The notes: generated by a model from the sequence alone, not told the origin. Shown: positions 1 through 11,888, counted from the first letter of the stretch. The stretch: 64,000 nt of DNA from an uncultured Verrucomicrobiae bacterium (GCA_963813025.1 CAWEXO010000011.1:576001-640000); one strand, 5' to 3'. Translations and numbers: made by a program.

Positions 1-135
1 TCGATGCGCGCACTACAGATTGCCCAAAGTCCGACAGACCCGGGGGCCGTCCGCCTCTGTCCTCCCTTTCGGGGGACTACGGCGCGACAAGTTTCGCGCA
101 GGTGACCCTGCGATGGCGACCTGCGGGAAGCAGAG

Positions 136-966
136 TTAATGCAGTTTGATCGCTTTGTAGGACTGCATGGTTTCCACGAGCGCTTTTTCCACCGGCAGAC
201 GTTCCATGCTCGAGGCGCCATAGAAACCGTGAATGCCCTTGGTGTGATGCAGGACGAACTCAGCATCCTCCGGCTCGGAGATTGGACCGCCGTGACAAAG
301 CACCAGGATGTCGCGGCTGACGGACCGAGCAGCATCGGCAATCGCCTGAACCCGCTCTGGCGCCTCTTCCAAGGTGACCGCCGTGGAGGCGCCGATGGAG
401 CCCTTCGTGGTGAGTCCCAGGTGAGCAACCACGATATCGGCCCCGGCGCGAGCCATCGCCGTGGCCTCACCGGGATTGAAGCAATAGGGCGTGGTCAGAA
501 GGTCGAGTTCCCGAGCAGCGCGAATCATGTTCACCTCTAAATCGTAGCCCATACCTGTTTCCTCGAGGTTTTTCCGGAACAAACCGTCGTAAAGGCCAAC
601 TGTAGGAAAATTCTGTACTCCGGCGAAACCGATTTCTTTGATCTGCTTCAGAAACAAAGGGATCTGTCGGAATGGATCGGTACCGCATACGCCGGCTAAA
701 ACCGGCACGCTCTTGACGATCGTCAAAACCTCGCTCGCCATCTCGAGGACGATCGCGTTAGCATCTCCATAGGGCATCAATCCGGCAAGGGACCCACGGC
801 CGGCCATCCGGTAACGGCCGCTATTATAGATGACAATCAGGTCAACACCGCCGGCCTCCTCAAACTTGGCCGAGATCCCAGTACCGGCGCCGCCACCGAT
901 AATCGGTCGACCTTCCCCGATGATTTTTCGAAACCTGCGCAGAATCTGTTGGCGTGTTTTGGACAT
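136..966 (-). CDS. PEP-hydrolase-like / TIM-barrel signal transduction family protein (Tm-1 C-terminal-like)
   Basis: Motifs [41 protein letters not shown] and [12 protein letters not shown]; start moved to MSKTRQ at 966. Confidence 0.85.
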   Translation of the reverse strand: MSKTRQQILRRFRKIIGEGRPIIGGGAGTGISAKFEEAGGVDLIVIYNSGRYRMAGRGSLAGLMPYGDANAIVLEMASEVLTIVKSVPVLAGVCGTDPFRQIPLFLKQIKEIGFAGVQNFPTVGLYDGLFRKNLEETGMGYDLEVNMIRAARELDLLTTPYCFNPGEATAMARAGADIVVAHLGLTTKGSIGASTAVTLEEAPERVQAIADAARSVSRDILVLCHGGPISEPEDAEFVLHHTKGIHGFYGASSMERLPVEKALVETMQSYKAIKLH

Positions 967-1043
967 TTTGAGGGAGCTGGTTCGAACTGAGATTTTGCCT
1001 GTTCCAGCCCTCCGTGCAAGGTAAGACGCACGAGCCGCGTGTC

Positions 1044-2288
1044 TTACGCTCCCATGCGCCAACTCTTCTTTTGCTCAATGAGTTGGCCGATCAATTCGAC
1101 CGCCTTCGCGGCGAACTCCGGATCGTTGATGTTATGCTCACTTTTAACAATGGGAATGCCGGGATTGAGCGTTTGCCGGATGGCGTCGAACATGGCTCGG
1201 TCGGCCGCGCGGTCGCAAAACGGCTGGCCGTCGCCGTCAAGCATCGAAACGCCGCGCAAAGGAAAGAGGAAAGCAACAGGACCCTTCGCCGCGTTCGCTT
1301 TTTCGGCAAAAATTTCGCCCATGCGCCGGTTTTCGGCTTCATTGGTCCTCATCAAGGTAACGGAAGGGTTCCATTCATAAAACAGGCGGCCGGCTTCGCG
1401 GTACCGCGCGGGGACCGTGGAAGGCGCGCCAAAGTTGACCATATCGACACAGCCCGGCACGATCAGATGCGGAACACCGCTTTGGCCCGGAGCGCTCAGC
1501 CGTTCGGGACCAGCGCTGAACACCCCTCCGCAAAGTTCGTCTGCCCACTCTGTCGTGGTGATGTCGAGGACTGCTTCGACCAAGCCATCCGCGACGAGCG
1601 TCTCCATGGCGCGGCCGCCGGCGCCGGTGGCATGAAATACCAGCACCTCAAAGCCTTTCTCGTTGAGCGATTTTACGCAGGCGTTCACGCAATCAGTGGT
1701 GTTGCCGAACATCGAAGCAACGATCACGGGCCGATCCGCTTCGGGATGGGGTGGTTCGCTTTGGACCATCCCGGAGATCGCACCGGCCGCTCTGGTATAA
1801 ACCAAACGGGAAATGCGGTTCAGCCCGGCCACATCGACGATTGCCGGGAACATGACGATATCTTTGCCACGCACATAAAAAGAAGCGTCTCCGGAAGCGA
1901 CGGTTGAGACGAGCACCTTGGGTACTCCAATGGGCAAGGCGCGCATGGCCGAGGAGATAATGGCTGAGCCGCTGGAGCCGCCCATCCCGATGATGCCGTC
2001 AAACTTTCGCTGGGCGTAAAGCTGTTCAATAAAGCGCGGAGCGGCCTGATCGAGCGTTTTCATTGCTTCGGCCTTGTCATGGCGGGCGCGCAACGCATCC
2101 AGATCGACGTTGATCGCCTGGAGAACGGCGGCGGTTTCGAAATCTACCGGCAGGCGGTCGGTCGAGCTGAGGAAGCCGATGTTGACGGTCAGAACTTGGT
2201 GACCGAGTTGCTGAATCTGTTCACGGAGGAACGCATGATCGTCGCCTTTGGTATCGAAGGCGCCAATAACACAGATAGTTTTTGCCAT
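1044..2288 (-). CDS. Tm-1-like ATP-binding domain protein (UPF0261)
   Basis: Motifs [40 protein letters not shown] and VTLMRT; directly upstream of the TIM-barrel partner. Confidence 0.88.
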   Translation of the reverse strand: MAKTICVIGAFDTKGDDHAFLREQIQQLGHQVLTVNIGFLSSTDRLPVDFETAAVLQAINVDLDALRARHDKAEAMKTLDQAAPRFIEQLYAQRKFDGIIGMGGSSGSAIISSAMRALPIGVPKVLVSTVASGDASFYVRGKDIVMFPAIVDVAGLNRISRLVYTRAAGAISGMVQSEPPHPEADRPVIVASMFGNTTDCVNACVKSLNEKGFEVLVFHATGAGGRAMETLVADGLVEAVLDITTTEWADELCGGVFSAGPERLSAPGQSGVPHLIVPGCVDMVNFGAPSTVPARYREAGRLFYEWNPSVTLMRTNEAENRRMGEIFAEKANAAKGPVAFLFPLRGVSMLDGDGQPFCDRAADRAMFDAIRQTLNPGIPIVKSEHNINDPEFAAKAVELIGQLIEQKKSWRMGA

Positions 2289-2366
2289 AGGGGAGAACGA
2301 AGGCTTCAATCTCACACAAAGACACGAAGACACAAAGATCGACTGAATCCGGGAGAGCTCCCTGAG

Positions 2367-2490
2367 TTGACAACGATCCTTTTCTGTGGCTTTTTCCACG
2401 TCCCGCGCGAGCCGCACAAAAGAACCGTGCCGTTGGTCCCTGGGTCGCAGCTTGTTGGCTGTGATCGCCCGCGCCAGGGGGAACCCGGCA
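2367..2490 (+). promoter_or_regulatory. Candidate rpoA promoter (-35 TTGACA) and structured 5' leader
   Basis: TTGACA at 2367-2372 with no clear -10; nested stems TGCCG/CGGCA, TCCCTGG/CCAGGGG and GTCGCAGC/GCTGTGAT at 2428-2490. Confidence 0.4.
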
Positions 2491-2506
2491 AAAGGATGTT
2501 ATTACT

Positions 2507-3544
2507 ATGCCCGTTCGTCTAGGACGATTCGAAATGCCGAAGAGCCTCTCCAAAGATGAGGCCACGGCCACCGAAACCTACGCCAAATTCATCGCCGAAC
2601 CCTTTGAAGCCGGATACGGTCACACGGTGGGAAATTCACTCCGTCGCGTGTTGCTTTCCTCGCTGGAGGGCGCGGCCATAACGTCTGCCCGGATCACGGG
2701 AGCCCAGCACGAATTCGCATCGCTGGCCGGCGTTGTCGAGGATGTCACCGACATCGTTTTGAACCTGAAGAAGATCAAGTTCAAGGCGGTTGACCATGAT
2801 TTCCGCACGGTCGCGATCAATGTGACCAAGGAAGGTCCAGTTACGGCCGCGGATATCCAGACAGTGACGGGGGTTGAAGTGCTCAATCCCGAGCAACTCA
2901 TTTGCACGCTTGATAAAAAGCAGAAGTTCGAAGCCGAATTCGATGTGCGCGTCGGACGCGGCTTTGCCTCGGGGGATGAGAACAAGCGCCCGGACACCCC
3001 GATCGGTGTCATCCCTATCGATTCAATTTTCTCGCCGGTTTTACGGGTCAAATACGCCGTCGAGAACACCCGGGTCGGTCAGCGAACCGATTATGACAAG
3101 CTGGTCCTTGAAGTGTGGACCGATGGCAGGATTACTCCGGACGAGGCACTCTTGCAGGCCTCATCGATCCTGCGTCATCACCTCGACGTGTTTGTCAATT
3201 ACGACGATTCGCTAGTTGAGTTCGACGAAACACCCGAGGAAATCAGCCAGGAGAACACCCGCCTGAAGAAACTGCTCAATATGAGCGTGAACGAGATTGA
3301 GTTGTCGGTCCGGGCCGCCAATTGCTTGAATAACGCCAATATCACCACGGTGGGCCAATTAGCGATGAAAACCGAGGCAGAGATGTTGAAGTACCGCAAC
3401 TTCGGAAAGAAATCCTTGAACGAGATCAAGGAAAAACTTCAGCAGCTTGGGTTGAGTCTGGGAATGAAGTTTGACACGGGATTGGTCGACACTCCGATTG
3501 GCGGTGATCGCAACAATGACGACTCCAGACTCATTGCGATCTGA
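2507..3544 (+). CDS. rpoA: DNA-directed RNA polymerase subunit alpha
   Basis: EPFEAGYGHTVGNSLRRVLLSS, VENTRVGQRTDYDKL; alpha-CTD ELSVRAANCL...NFGKKSLNEI. Confidence 0.98.
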   Translation: MPVRLGRFEMPKSLSKDEATATETYAKFIAEPFEAGYGHTVGNSLRRVLLSSLEGAAITSARITGAQHEFASLAGVVEDVTDIVLNLKKIKFKAVDHDFRTVAINVTKEGPVTAADIQTVTGVEVLNPEQLICTLDKKQKFEAEFDVRVGRGFASGDENKRPDTPIGVIPIDSIFSPVLRVKYAVENTRVGQRTDYDKLVLEVWTDGRITPDEALLQASSILRHHLDVFVNYDDSLVEFDETPEEISQENTRLKKLLNMSVNEIELSVRAANCLNNANITTVGQLAMKTEAEMLKYRNFGKKSLNEIKEKLQQLGLSLGMKFDTGLVDTPIGGDRNNDDSRLIAI

Positions 3545-3593
3545 GCAATTGGAAAATAAGACCTGCTGACCCGGCTTCTGACTCCTGACTCTT

Positions 3594-3980
3594 ATGCGGC
3601 ACCAGAAAAAGACCTTAAAACTCGGCCGTAAAGCCGAGCATCGGAACTCGTTGCTGGCAAACCAAGTTTGCAGTTTGATCGAGCACGATCGGATCAAGAC
3701 AACCTTGGCCAAGGCTAAGGCCGTTCGACCATTTGCGGAAAAAATGGTGACCCTCGGCAAGCAAGGTAATTTGCATGCTCGGCGCCAGGCGCTGGCCTTC
3801 CTCGGTCATAAAGAGCTTGTTCGGAAATTGTTTTCGGACGTTGCGCCGCGGGTGGCGAACCGCCAAGGCGGTTATGTTCGAATTGTCAAGCTGGGGCCGC
3901 GCGGTAGTGACTCGGCCCCGATGGCGTTTCTGGAATGGGTGGATACGGCAGTGCAGGAAGAGAAAGTCGCCGCGAAGTAG
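3594..3980 (+). CDS. rplQ: 50S ribosomal protein L17
   Basis: MRH...KLGR...IKTTLAKAK...GGYVRIVKLGPRGSDSAPMA; follows rpoA. Confidence 0.98.
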   Translation: MRHQKKTLKLGRKAEHRNSLLANQVCSLIEHDRIKTTLAKAKAVRPFAEKMVTLGKQGNLHARRQALAFLGHKELVRKLFSDVAPRVANRQGGYVRIVKLGPRGSDSAPMAFLEWVDTAVQEEKVAAK

Positions 3981-4439
3981 CACGAAGCGCGACGCATCCA
4001 TTCTGCACATTTTCTCGGTCTGCACTGACGCATTGATCCTGGAGCTGCCGGTCCGCTCCAAGGAGGAATCTCACGGGAAATCACCGAGAAATTTGTGCAC
4101 ATCTTCCAAGGTGACCCGCGTTGAGCCAGCAGCACCTTGAACCGTTAAAATGCCGGTTTTGGTACTGCGCCGCAGGTGCGCGGGGACCTGTGAAGTGCTC
4201 TGGCCCGCAAAAACTCGGAAAAGTTTTGTTTCTGCTGGCGGGCCTGCGAACGGATTTCGGCCATTTCCTGAGCGGAGACTTTAAATGAAAGCGTCGGCAC
4301 GTAAGACGCCATTACCCATGGGCACTCCTTTCAACGTGAGCTTTGCAATCTACCGCGCACCAAGTCGCCCCGACTCCGAATGCTTAGCGGACCAGGCATT
4401 CGGTGCTGCAACTCTGCAGCCGCTTGATATTGTTTGGCG

Positions 4440-5608
4440 ATGAGCGCTTCTATCGCCCTTCCACGTTTACTGCTGGTGGGGCCGGCGCTCGCCGGGAGAT
4501 TGGATCTCTACTGACGACATTGGGGCTGCGGAAACCGGTAATCATTACCGACCATTATCTTTCCAAGCAGCCAGTGATGCGCGAATTTCTCGACTCTTTC
4601 CAAGAGATAAAGCTGCCGCCGCCCTCGGTTTTCGACGGGGTGGTGCCGGACCCGACTTCAGGCTCGGTCAACTCAGCCCTCCACTTTCTTCGCGAACATC
4701 GGCCCGATTCGGTCATTGGATTCGGCGGCGGAAGTTCCCTCGATACGGCGAAAGCCGCGGCGATGCTTGCCGTGCATGGCGGCGAGATGCGCGACTACAA
4801 AGCTCCCCATCAACAGGACACCCCGGGGTTGCCGGTGCTGGCCGTCCCGACGACAGCCGGTACGGGATCCGAAGCCACGCGGTTTACCATCATAACGGAC
4901 GACCCGACTGGAGAAAAAATGCTCTGTATCGGTTTAGCTTACCTGCCAATCGCGGCCATCAGCGACTACGAACTGACGCTGACCAAGCCGCCGCGCCTGA
5001 CCGCCGATACCGGGGTTGATTCGCTCACGCATGCGATCGAGGCATTTGTGAGTCGTCGGGCGAATCCTTTCGCTGATGCCTTTGCGGTCAGCGCCATGCA
5101 AGCGATCTGGGCCAATCTGCCGGTGGTCTTTTTCGAACCGCAAAATCGCGCTGCTCGAGCGGCCATGATGTTAGCAGCTACTCAGGCGGGCATTGCCTTT
5201 TCCAATTCAAGCGTTGCGTTGGTCCACGGAATGAGCCGTCCGATCGGAGCGCGCTTCCATGTGCCTCATGGGCTCTCCAATGCGATGTTGCTGCCGGCAG
5301 TGACCCGGTTTTCGGTCCAAGGCGCGCTGGACCGTTATGCCGAATGCGCCAGGGTCCTGGGGATTGTGGAATCAGGCTCGACTAACGCAATAGCGGCGAA
5401 GACGCTCGTCGACGCGTTGCGTGATTTAAATCGGCGATTGGAAGTACCGACCCCGCAGACTTTGGGCATTACGGCGGCCGACTGGGACGCCAGTTTGTCA
5501 ATGATGGCAGAGCAGGCGATTGCCTCTGGATCTCCGGCAAACAATCCGCGGGTGCCGACGCTGGATGAGATTATTGAGCTGTATGGGCAAGTGTGGCGTG
5601 GAGAGTAA
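4440..5608 (+). CDS. Iron-containing alcohol dehydrogenase (1-nt frameshift near 4480)
   Basis: GGGSSLDTAK, PTTAGTGSE, DSLTHAIE, HGMS...HG. ATG 4440 gives the family-like start MSASIALPRLLLVG, joining the main frame at the G-run at 4477-4481. Confidence 0.88.
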
Positions 5609-6179
5609 CAAGGCAGGACCGGCAGGAGGCGGTCCCGCCGATCCACTGCGATCGGAGTGCGGTAGGGACGAGCTCTTACGCGACCTCTCTATTTTGCTAA
5701 GTCAAGTCTTCGAGCGCGGAACGATGCCGGCGCAGGAATGCCAGGTCGGCAGCGTCAGTGAAGTCGTGTCGAGAGGCCAGTAAACGCTGGCGAGCTGCGA
5801 GATCTTGTTGCCGCCGGCCTCTCAGCCAGTTGATCTCGTGAGCCAAACGAAGTTCCATCTGTTGAATTGTTGAATCAAACTGGCTGGATTGGGCCAACCA
5901 TAAACGGAACAAAACATGCGAGCGCGCCAAGGATAAGTGACTATCTTCCCAGCGAGACAGTTTCGGGGTGAAATTAGGCCAAGAAAGCTGATTACTTTCC
6001 AGGTTCCAAATTGCGTGATTTGGACTCGGTCCAGTGATTCTGGCACCGATCGATCAGATCGATCTCACCTGGGCGACGTTGATGAGCACGACAATGTTCC
6101 GCCATTTAGGTATGGATGAAATCATTGAGCCGTATTGGCAAGTGAGCGTGGAGAGGAGCGGGTAGATCACGCGCTCAAT

Positions 6180-6234
6180 CAAGACGGCTCAAACAAGTTC
6201 TCGCTAAGGCTCGAATGAATTTTCGCCCTACCGG
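6180..6234 (+). repeat. REP family A copy (distal from RAYT)
   Basis: CAAGACGGCTCAAACAAGTTCTCGCT...TTTTCGCCCTACCGG, near-identical to 28851-28905 and 29725-29772. Confidence 0.85.
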
Positions 6235-6259
6235 AACAGGGTCAAATCAAAAGGCGTTC

Positions 6260-6595
6260 TGCTCAAGGGCGCACAAATCGCCATCCCGGTCGGAGATCTA
6301 AGTAAAGCCGAGACAATCGTTCTGCACGTCAGGTTTCCACCCCATTTTCAAACTTCCGCCGCACAAGCATTCTTATTCGGAATTCGTCACTGTGCTTAGC
6401 GGCACTCTTTGGAACGCGATGGGTGATGATCTGGAGAAAGGCGTGATGCTAAAGCCGGGATCAGTTTTAGTGCTTCCTGCAAATCACAGTCATCAAGTCT
6501 GGACAACGGACGAGGAGGCAATCATCCAGGTTCACTTCACTGGCCCGGGAGATATTACCTTCATTAATCCGGCTGACGATCCGCGAAAAAAGTAG
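6260..6595 (+). pseudogene. Cupin-domain protein, 5'-truncated and frameshifted
   Basis: KGAQIAIPVGD...RFPP / PPHKHSYSEFVTVLSG...PANHSH...IQVHFTGPGDI; frameshift near 6350 and no clear start. Confidence 0.65.
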
Positions 6596-6813
6596 GATAT
6601 TCTTCTCGACCGACATTGCCGAGTCATGGCGACAAATGGATCTGCACGGTCGGCGTATTCATGTCCGTATCGACGAAGGCGCGATCGCCAGGGTACGACT
6701 GCTCTCCGGCGCTTGAGCGCCCCTGAAACCCTGGAGCGCCCTTAAACCCGAAACAGACGTTGGGCACCTGTTCTTAAAGGAATGAATTGCAACGAACTGT
6801 TCCAAACCCCTCT

Positions 6814-7902
6814 CTAGCAGATCCGCGGCAACTGTTCGCCCGAGAGCATGTCGACGATCCGCGTGCCGCCCACCCTGGTTCGCATCAGGACCAGACCCGG
6901 TTCCTCGGCCGTGACTTCACCAATAACCGCGGCGTTTTTACCAAGCGGATGCTGGCGCATCGCGCATAAAATCTCATCTGCGTCTTCGGCTGCGACGATC
7001 GCCACGAGTTTCCCCTCGTTTGCGACATAGAGTGGATCAAGCCCGAGGATCTCACAAGCGCCTTTTACCTCCTCGTCGACCGGGATGTTTGCTTCGTCAA
7101 TCAGGATGCCGAGGCGCGCACTTTGCGCTATCTCGGTCAGCGCGCTGGTAATTCCTCCGCGGGTCGGGTCACGGAGCACGTGGACGGTTTTGCCGGTGCC
7201 GAGAATCTGCTCAACCAAACCGTGAAGCGGCGCGGTATCGCTTGCGATCTCGGTCTCAAACTCCAAGCCTTCCCGGACCGAGAGAATGGCAATTCCGTGG
7301 ACCGCGATCGTGCCGCTAACGATGATGCGGTCGCCTGCGCGCGCCCGATCCGGAGCGATTCGCAGGTTGTCGGGCACCAGCCCGATCCCCGATGTGTTGA
7401 TGAAGATCCGATCCGCTTTGCCTCGATCAACTACCTTGGTATCTCCGGTTACCAGGCTTATACCCGCCGTGCGCGCTGCCTCGCGCATAGACTCGACGAT
7501 TCGGTAAAAGTCGGTCATCGGCAGACCTTCTTCGAGAATGAAACCAGCCGACAAGTAGAGTGGGCGTGCACCGCACATGGCGAGATCGTTGACCGTGCCG
7601 TGGATGGCCAACTTACCAATGTCACCACCTGGAAAAAAGATCGGGCTGACGACAAACGAGTCCGTGCTGAAGGCAAGGCGTGCACCATTGATCGAAAACA
7701 CGGCTCCATCATGCAAGGGCGCAAGCAGCTCGTTGTGGAATTGCGGCAGCACAACGCCCTGAACCAATTGCTGACTCAGTTTACCCCCGCTGCCATGGCC
7801 TAAGACAATTTCTTGGTATTGTGAGATGGGCAAAGGACAGGAACTCATCAACTCGCCTGGTTCAATGCCATCTCCCACCGCTGGTCGTGCAACCCTTGTC
7901 AT
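6814..7902 (-). CDS. hypE: Hydrogenase maturation carbamoyl dehydratase
   Basis: GHGSGG, TDSFVV.P.FFPGGDIG, GDTKVV, DPTRGG, ANEGK, C-terminal QLPRIC; start overlaps the hypD stop. Confidence 0.96.
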   Translation of the reverse strand: MTRVARPAVGDGIEPGELMSSCPLPISQYQEIVLGHGSGGKLSQQLVQGVVLPQFHNELLAPLHDGAVFSINGARLAFSTDSFVVSPIFFPGGDIGKLAIHGTVNDLAMCGARPLYLSAGFILEEGLPMTDFYRIVESMREAARTAGISLVTGDTKVVDRGKADRIFINTSGIGLVPDNLRIAPDRARAGDRIIVSGTIAVHGIAILSVREGLEFETEIASDTAPLHGLVEQILGTGKTVHVLRDPTRGGITSALTEIAQSARLGILIDEANIPVDEEVKGACEILGLDPLYVANEGKLVAIVAAEDADEILCAMRQHPLGKNAAVIGEVTAEEPGLVLMRTRVGGTRIVDMLSGEQLPRIC

Positions 7903-9044
7903 CAGCGTGATGCCGGTTGGGTAATCAGTGCGGCGGCTGCAGCGGTTTCCGCTTTGCGCAGGTGCCGTCCATATGCGTAGTAGGCCGCGCAGGCACCTTC
8001 CGCGGAGACCATGGTGGCACCGAGAGGATGCTCGGGCGTGCACTGCGTGCCGAAGGCGGCGCAATCATGCGGCTTCTTCACGCCCTGTAAAACCAATCCG
8101 CTGATACAGACAGCCGGCTCGGCGGTGTCGATCTGCTCCACCTCGAAAATCTTTTCCGCGTCATGCTCGCGAAATTCCTCCCGCAGCCGGTAACCACTTT
8201 CCGGGATCATGCCCACTCCGCGCCATTTACGGTCCGATATTTCGAAAACTTTGTTAACCAAATCCTGTGCCACGAGGTTGCCATCCCGTTTCACGACGCG
8301 GGGATACTGGTTTTCCACTTCCGCCTGACCGGCCTCGAGCTGGCGAATCGTCATGAGTGTGCCTTCGAGAATATCCAACGGCTCAAAACCAGTGACGACA
8401 ATCGGCACATGATACTGTTCCGCGATGGGTTCATACTCGCGATAGCCCATGACTGTGCAAACGTGTCCGGGCCCCAGGAATCCCTGAACCCGATTCAGCG
8501 GCGAGTCCAGAATAGCGCGCATCGCCGGCGGCACGAGCACATGCGACACCAACACCGAAAAATTGGTGAGACCTTGTTGCCGAGCGTTCCAGACTGACAT
8601 GGCATTTGCCGGCGCCGTTGTCTCAAAGCCGATCGCGAAGAAGACAACTTGTTTGTCCTGGTTGGCTCGGGCGATCTTGAGGCAATCAATCGGCGAGTAT
8701 ACTACCCGGATATCGGCGCCATGCGACTTCAGGATTAGCAGGTCGCTGTGCGAGCCGGGTACGCGGAGCATGTCGCCAAACGAGCAGAAGATTACATTCG
8801 GCCGTTGCGCGATGGAGTGAGCTTTGTCGATCATCTCCAGAGAAGTCACGCAAACGGGACAACCGGGGCCGTGCACCAGTTCTATTTCCGGTGGCAGGAG
8901 TCGATCGATTCCATATTTGATAATCGAGTGGGTTTGTCCGCCGCATACCTCCATCAGCACCCAGGGTTTAGTGACCGTGCGCCGGATTTCGGCGACGATC
9001 GTGCGAGCGAGGGGTTCGTTTCGATATTCGTCCAGGTATTTCAT
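7902..9044 (-). CDS. hypD: Hydrogenase maturation protein HypD
   Basis: [41 protein letters not shown]. Confidence 0.97.
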   Translation of the reverse strand: MKYLDEYRNEPLARTIVAEIRRTVTKPWVLMEVCGGQTHSIIKYGIDRLLPPEIELVHGPGCPVCVTSLEMIDKAHSIAQRPNVIFCSFGDMLRVPGSHSDLLILKSHGADIRVVYSPIDCLKIARANQDKQVVFFAIGFETTAPANAMSVWNARQQGLTNFSVLVSHVLVPPAMRAILDSPLNRVQGFLGPGHVCTVMGYREYEPIAEQYHVPIVVTGFEPLDILEGTLMTIRQLEAGQAEVENQYPRVVKRDGNLVAQDLVNKVFEISDRKWRGVGMIPESGYRLREEFREHDAEKIFEVEQIDTAEPAVCISGLVLQGVKKPHDCAAFGTQCTPEHPLGATMVSAEGACAAYYAYGRHLRKAETAAAAALITQPASR

Positions 9045-9055
9045 GGGAAGGGGTA

Positions 9056-9361
9056 TCAGGTCAGGTTTTCCGCCACAGGGGAAGGGACAACTGCGTCGTC
9101 CAGTTCATCGAAGCCGGGAGTGTCCAGTTCGCTTAACTGTTCCATTTCTTTTAATAGCTTGAACGTGCGCTCGGCCTCAGCCTCGTCCACTTTCCCAAGA
9201 GCAAAACCGACGTGCACCAGGACATAGTCGCCCGGGATTACCTCCGGGGTGTACTGCAGGCAGACCTGCTTGACGATGCCGCCAAAATTTGCCTTACCCA
9301 TCCTGACGCCGTGCGCGTCATCACTGACTTCGATCAATTTACCTGGTATGGCCAAGCACAT
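9056..9361 (-). CDS. hypC: HypC/HybG/HupF chaperone
   Basis: MCLAIPG...[11 protein letters not shown]. Confidence 0.95.
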   Translation of the reverse strand: MCLAIPGKLIEVSDDAHGVRMGKANFGGIVKQVCLQYTPEVIPGDYVLVHVGFALGKVDEAEAERTFKLLKEMEQLSELDTPGFDELDDAVVPSPVAENLT

Positions 9362-9551
9362 AGTATTCCTCTTTCTCTGGTTCCACTTTACTCAAGGCGA
9401 CTCCGTCGCATAACAGGATCCGGTCGCCTGGTTTCGCCTCTGAAACAAGGTCGAGCCACACCGTTCCAATGGCGCCCGCAACCCAAATCTTGCCGCAGCG
9501 CATGCCGCTTTCCTCGGAAACATGCAAGAGCTCGCCAAATACGAGATTCAT
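9339..9551 (-). CDS. HypC-like paralog lacking Cys2
   Basis: 70 aa, PGDRILLCDGVALSKV resembles the HypC fold; overlaps hypF and hypC. Confidence 0.65.
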   Translation of the reverse strand: MNLVFGELLHVSEESGMRCGKIWVAGAIGTVWLDLVSEAKPGDRILLCDGVALSKVEPEKEEYYVLGHTR

Positions 9552-11870
9552 TCGGCTATTGCTCCTTCCAAAGTTTCGGATCGAACTCCCTGCAGACTGG
9601 CGGCGGCGCCGATCACCTGACCAATCGCCAATCCACCGTCGTTTGGCGGCACGCGTTGATGCCAGTATGGTCGAAAGCCTGCGCTCGTCAGTTGCTGAAT
9701 AGAACGCTCCAGCAGATAGCGGTTCTGGAAACAGCCGCCGGTCAGGAGAACACTTGCTTCCGCGATCAGGCGAGCCGCCGCTACGATAATCTCTGCGAGC
9801 GTGTTATGAAAACGGGCAGCGATCACGCCAACTGGTTCTGCGTTTTCCGCATCGCGAATGATCCCTTCGATCATTGGCTGCCAGTCGATCACCAATGGTT
9901 TCTCCTGGCCCACTTCGAATGGATAGCCGCCATCGATCCCTTCTAACACCCTCGATTCAAGCTCTAGTGCCGCCTGACCTTCGAAACTGGTCCGTTGCCG
10001 CAAGCCGAGGATAGAGGCTACGGCGTCGAAAAGCCTTCCGGCGCTTGATGTAAGCGGAGCATGCACCCTTTTCCGCAGCATCTGCGCCAGCAACGCGCGC
10101 TCGCGCTTCGGCAAAGCTCGGATCGAAGCAAGATTAGCGCGCGTAAAAACGGCGTCGCCCCACATCTCGTGTAGCAGGCCAAAGGCTGTCCGACAAGGTT
10201 GCCTAATGGCCGCCTCTGCGCCTGGCAGCCGGAACTGACGAAAATGCGCCGCCCGCTCAAACGACGCGAGGTTAGAGTGCGGGACAAGGAATTCGCCGCC
10301 CCAGATTGTGCCGTCGAGTCCGAGGCCGGTACCATCCCAGGAAACTCCGAGCAAGGGGGGCGCCAAATCATTTTCCGCGACGCACGCGAGCACATGAGCC
10401 CAATGATGTTGCACGGGAACGCAGGGCGGTCCGAGCGCAGCGGCGTATTTTGTCGACAGATATTCCGGGTGCAGATCGCAGGCGACGGCCTCGATCTGGA
10501 CGCCGTAAAGTCTCGGCAAATCGCTGGCGACCCGTCGAAAAGCCGAGTGAGCCTGAACAGTTCCAAGGTCGCCGATGTGCTGACTGACAAAAACGTCCTG
10601 ACCGATACTCAACCCGACCGTGTTCTTCAGGTGTCCACCAACGGCCAGCACTGTCGGCAGCGTCGCCGGCAGATGTGAGGGCAGGGGAGCATATCCTCTA
10701 GCTCGGCGGAGCATTAGTTCACGGCCGGCAGCGATCCGAATGACGGAGTCGTCGATTGGTCGAACGATCGGACGATTGTGCACGAGAAACATGTCGGCAA
10801 TGCCCTTCAGCCGATCGACGGCTTCTTTCTCTTCCGTACAAATTGGCTCATCGCTCCGGTTGCCACTGGTCGCAACCACCGGGAAACGAACATCAGACAA
10901 GAGCAAATGATGCAGCGGCGTATAAGGAAGCATTACTCCCAGATAAGGATTTGCCGGGGCCACGGAAGGAGCGATCTGCGATCGAGCCGACCGTGGCAGA
11001 GCAGTTACCAGCACGATTGGCGTCTCCGGTGAAAGCAGAGCACGCTGCTCGAGCTCCGTTATCCGGCAATCTTGCCGTATCGTAGCAAGATCAGGGTACA
11101 TCAGCGCGAAAGGCTTTTCTTCTCGTCGTTTACGGTTTCGGAGCCGGACGACGGCTCCGTCGTTGCGTCCGTCAACGATGAGCTGAAAACCGCCGATCCC
11201 TTTCAGCGCGACGATCAGGCCATTCTCGATTGCCCGGCCGGCCTTTTTCAGTGCGGCGTCGCCTTCCGCACGCGAGATCCCATCTGCGGCTCCACAGCTC
11301 GATCCGAGGTCCGCAGTGTGGGCAGGCATTCGGTTGGGCATGAAACCTCCGGTCGCGCGGATCGCTGTATTCGCGCTGACAATCCGGGCAAAGCGGGAAC
11401 TGCTTCATCGAGGTGTTCGCTCGATCGTAAGGGAGGGCTTCGATGATCGAGAACCGTGGACCGCAGTTCGTGCAGTTGGTAAATGGGTAGCGATAGCGTC
11501 GATCTCGCGGATCAAGCGTCTCACGCAGGCAATCTTTGCAGGTAGCGATATCCGGAAGAATCAGGACCGACTTTGTACCCTGATCCTGGCTGTAATGGAT
11601 CTCGAAATCTTTGTAGCCGAGAGCGTCCAGAAGCGAAAATTCAGAGCTTTGCACGACGGCTCGCGGCGGCCGAGCCAGATCGAGCGCGAGGCGAAATTGA
11701 TCGAGCACCTGGCGTCTCCCTTCGACCTCAACGAAAACTCCCTGTGCCGAATTGAGTACCCATCCGGTCAGGCCGAGCTCGGTAGCGAGGCGGTAGACAA
11801 AGGGCCGGAATCCAACGCCTTGAACTGCCCCGCGGATGACTCCGCGCATTCGTTGGATAGGGGGCTGCAT
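9548..11870 (-). CDS. hypF: Carbamoyltransferase HypF (split by frameshift near 11290)
   Basis: Acylphosphatase GAVQGVGFRP, zinc fingers CKDC...CTNCGPR and CPDC...CPHCGP, then KGIGGF, RRARGYAP, QHHWAH and PNDGG in the next frame. Confidence 0.93.
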
Positions 11871-11888
11871 CTGGAGTTTAAGAATCGG

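Noticed and set aside
5697..6119. Short ORFs between adh and the cupin
   Set aside because: No recognisable motifs and stops in all frames; possibly decayed DNA
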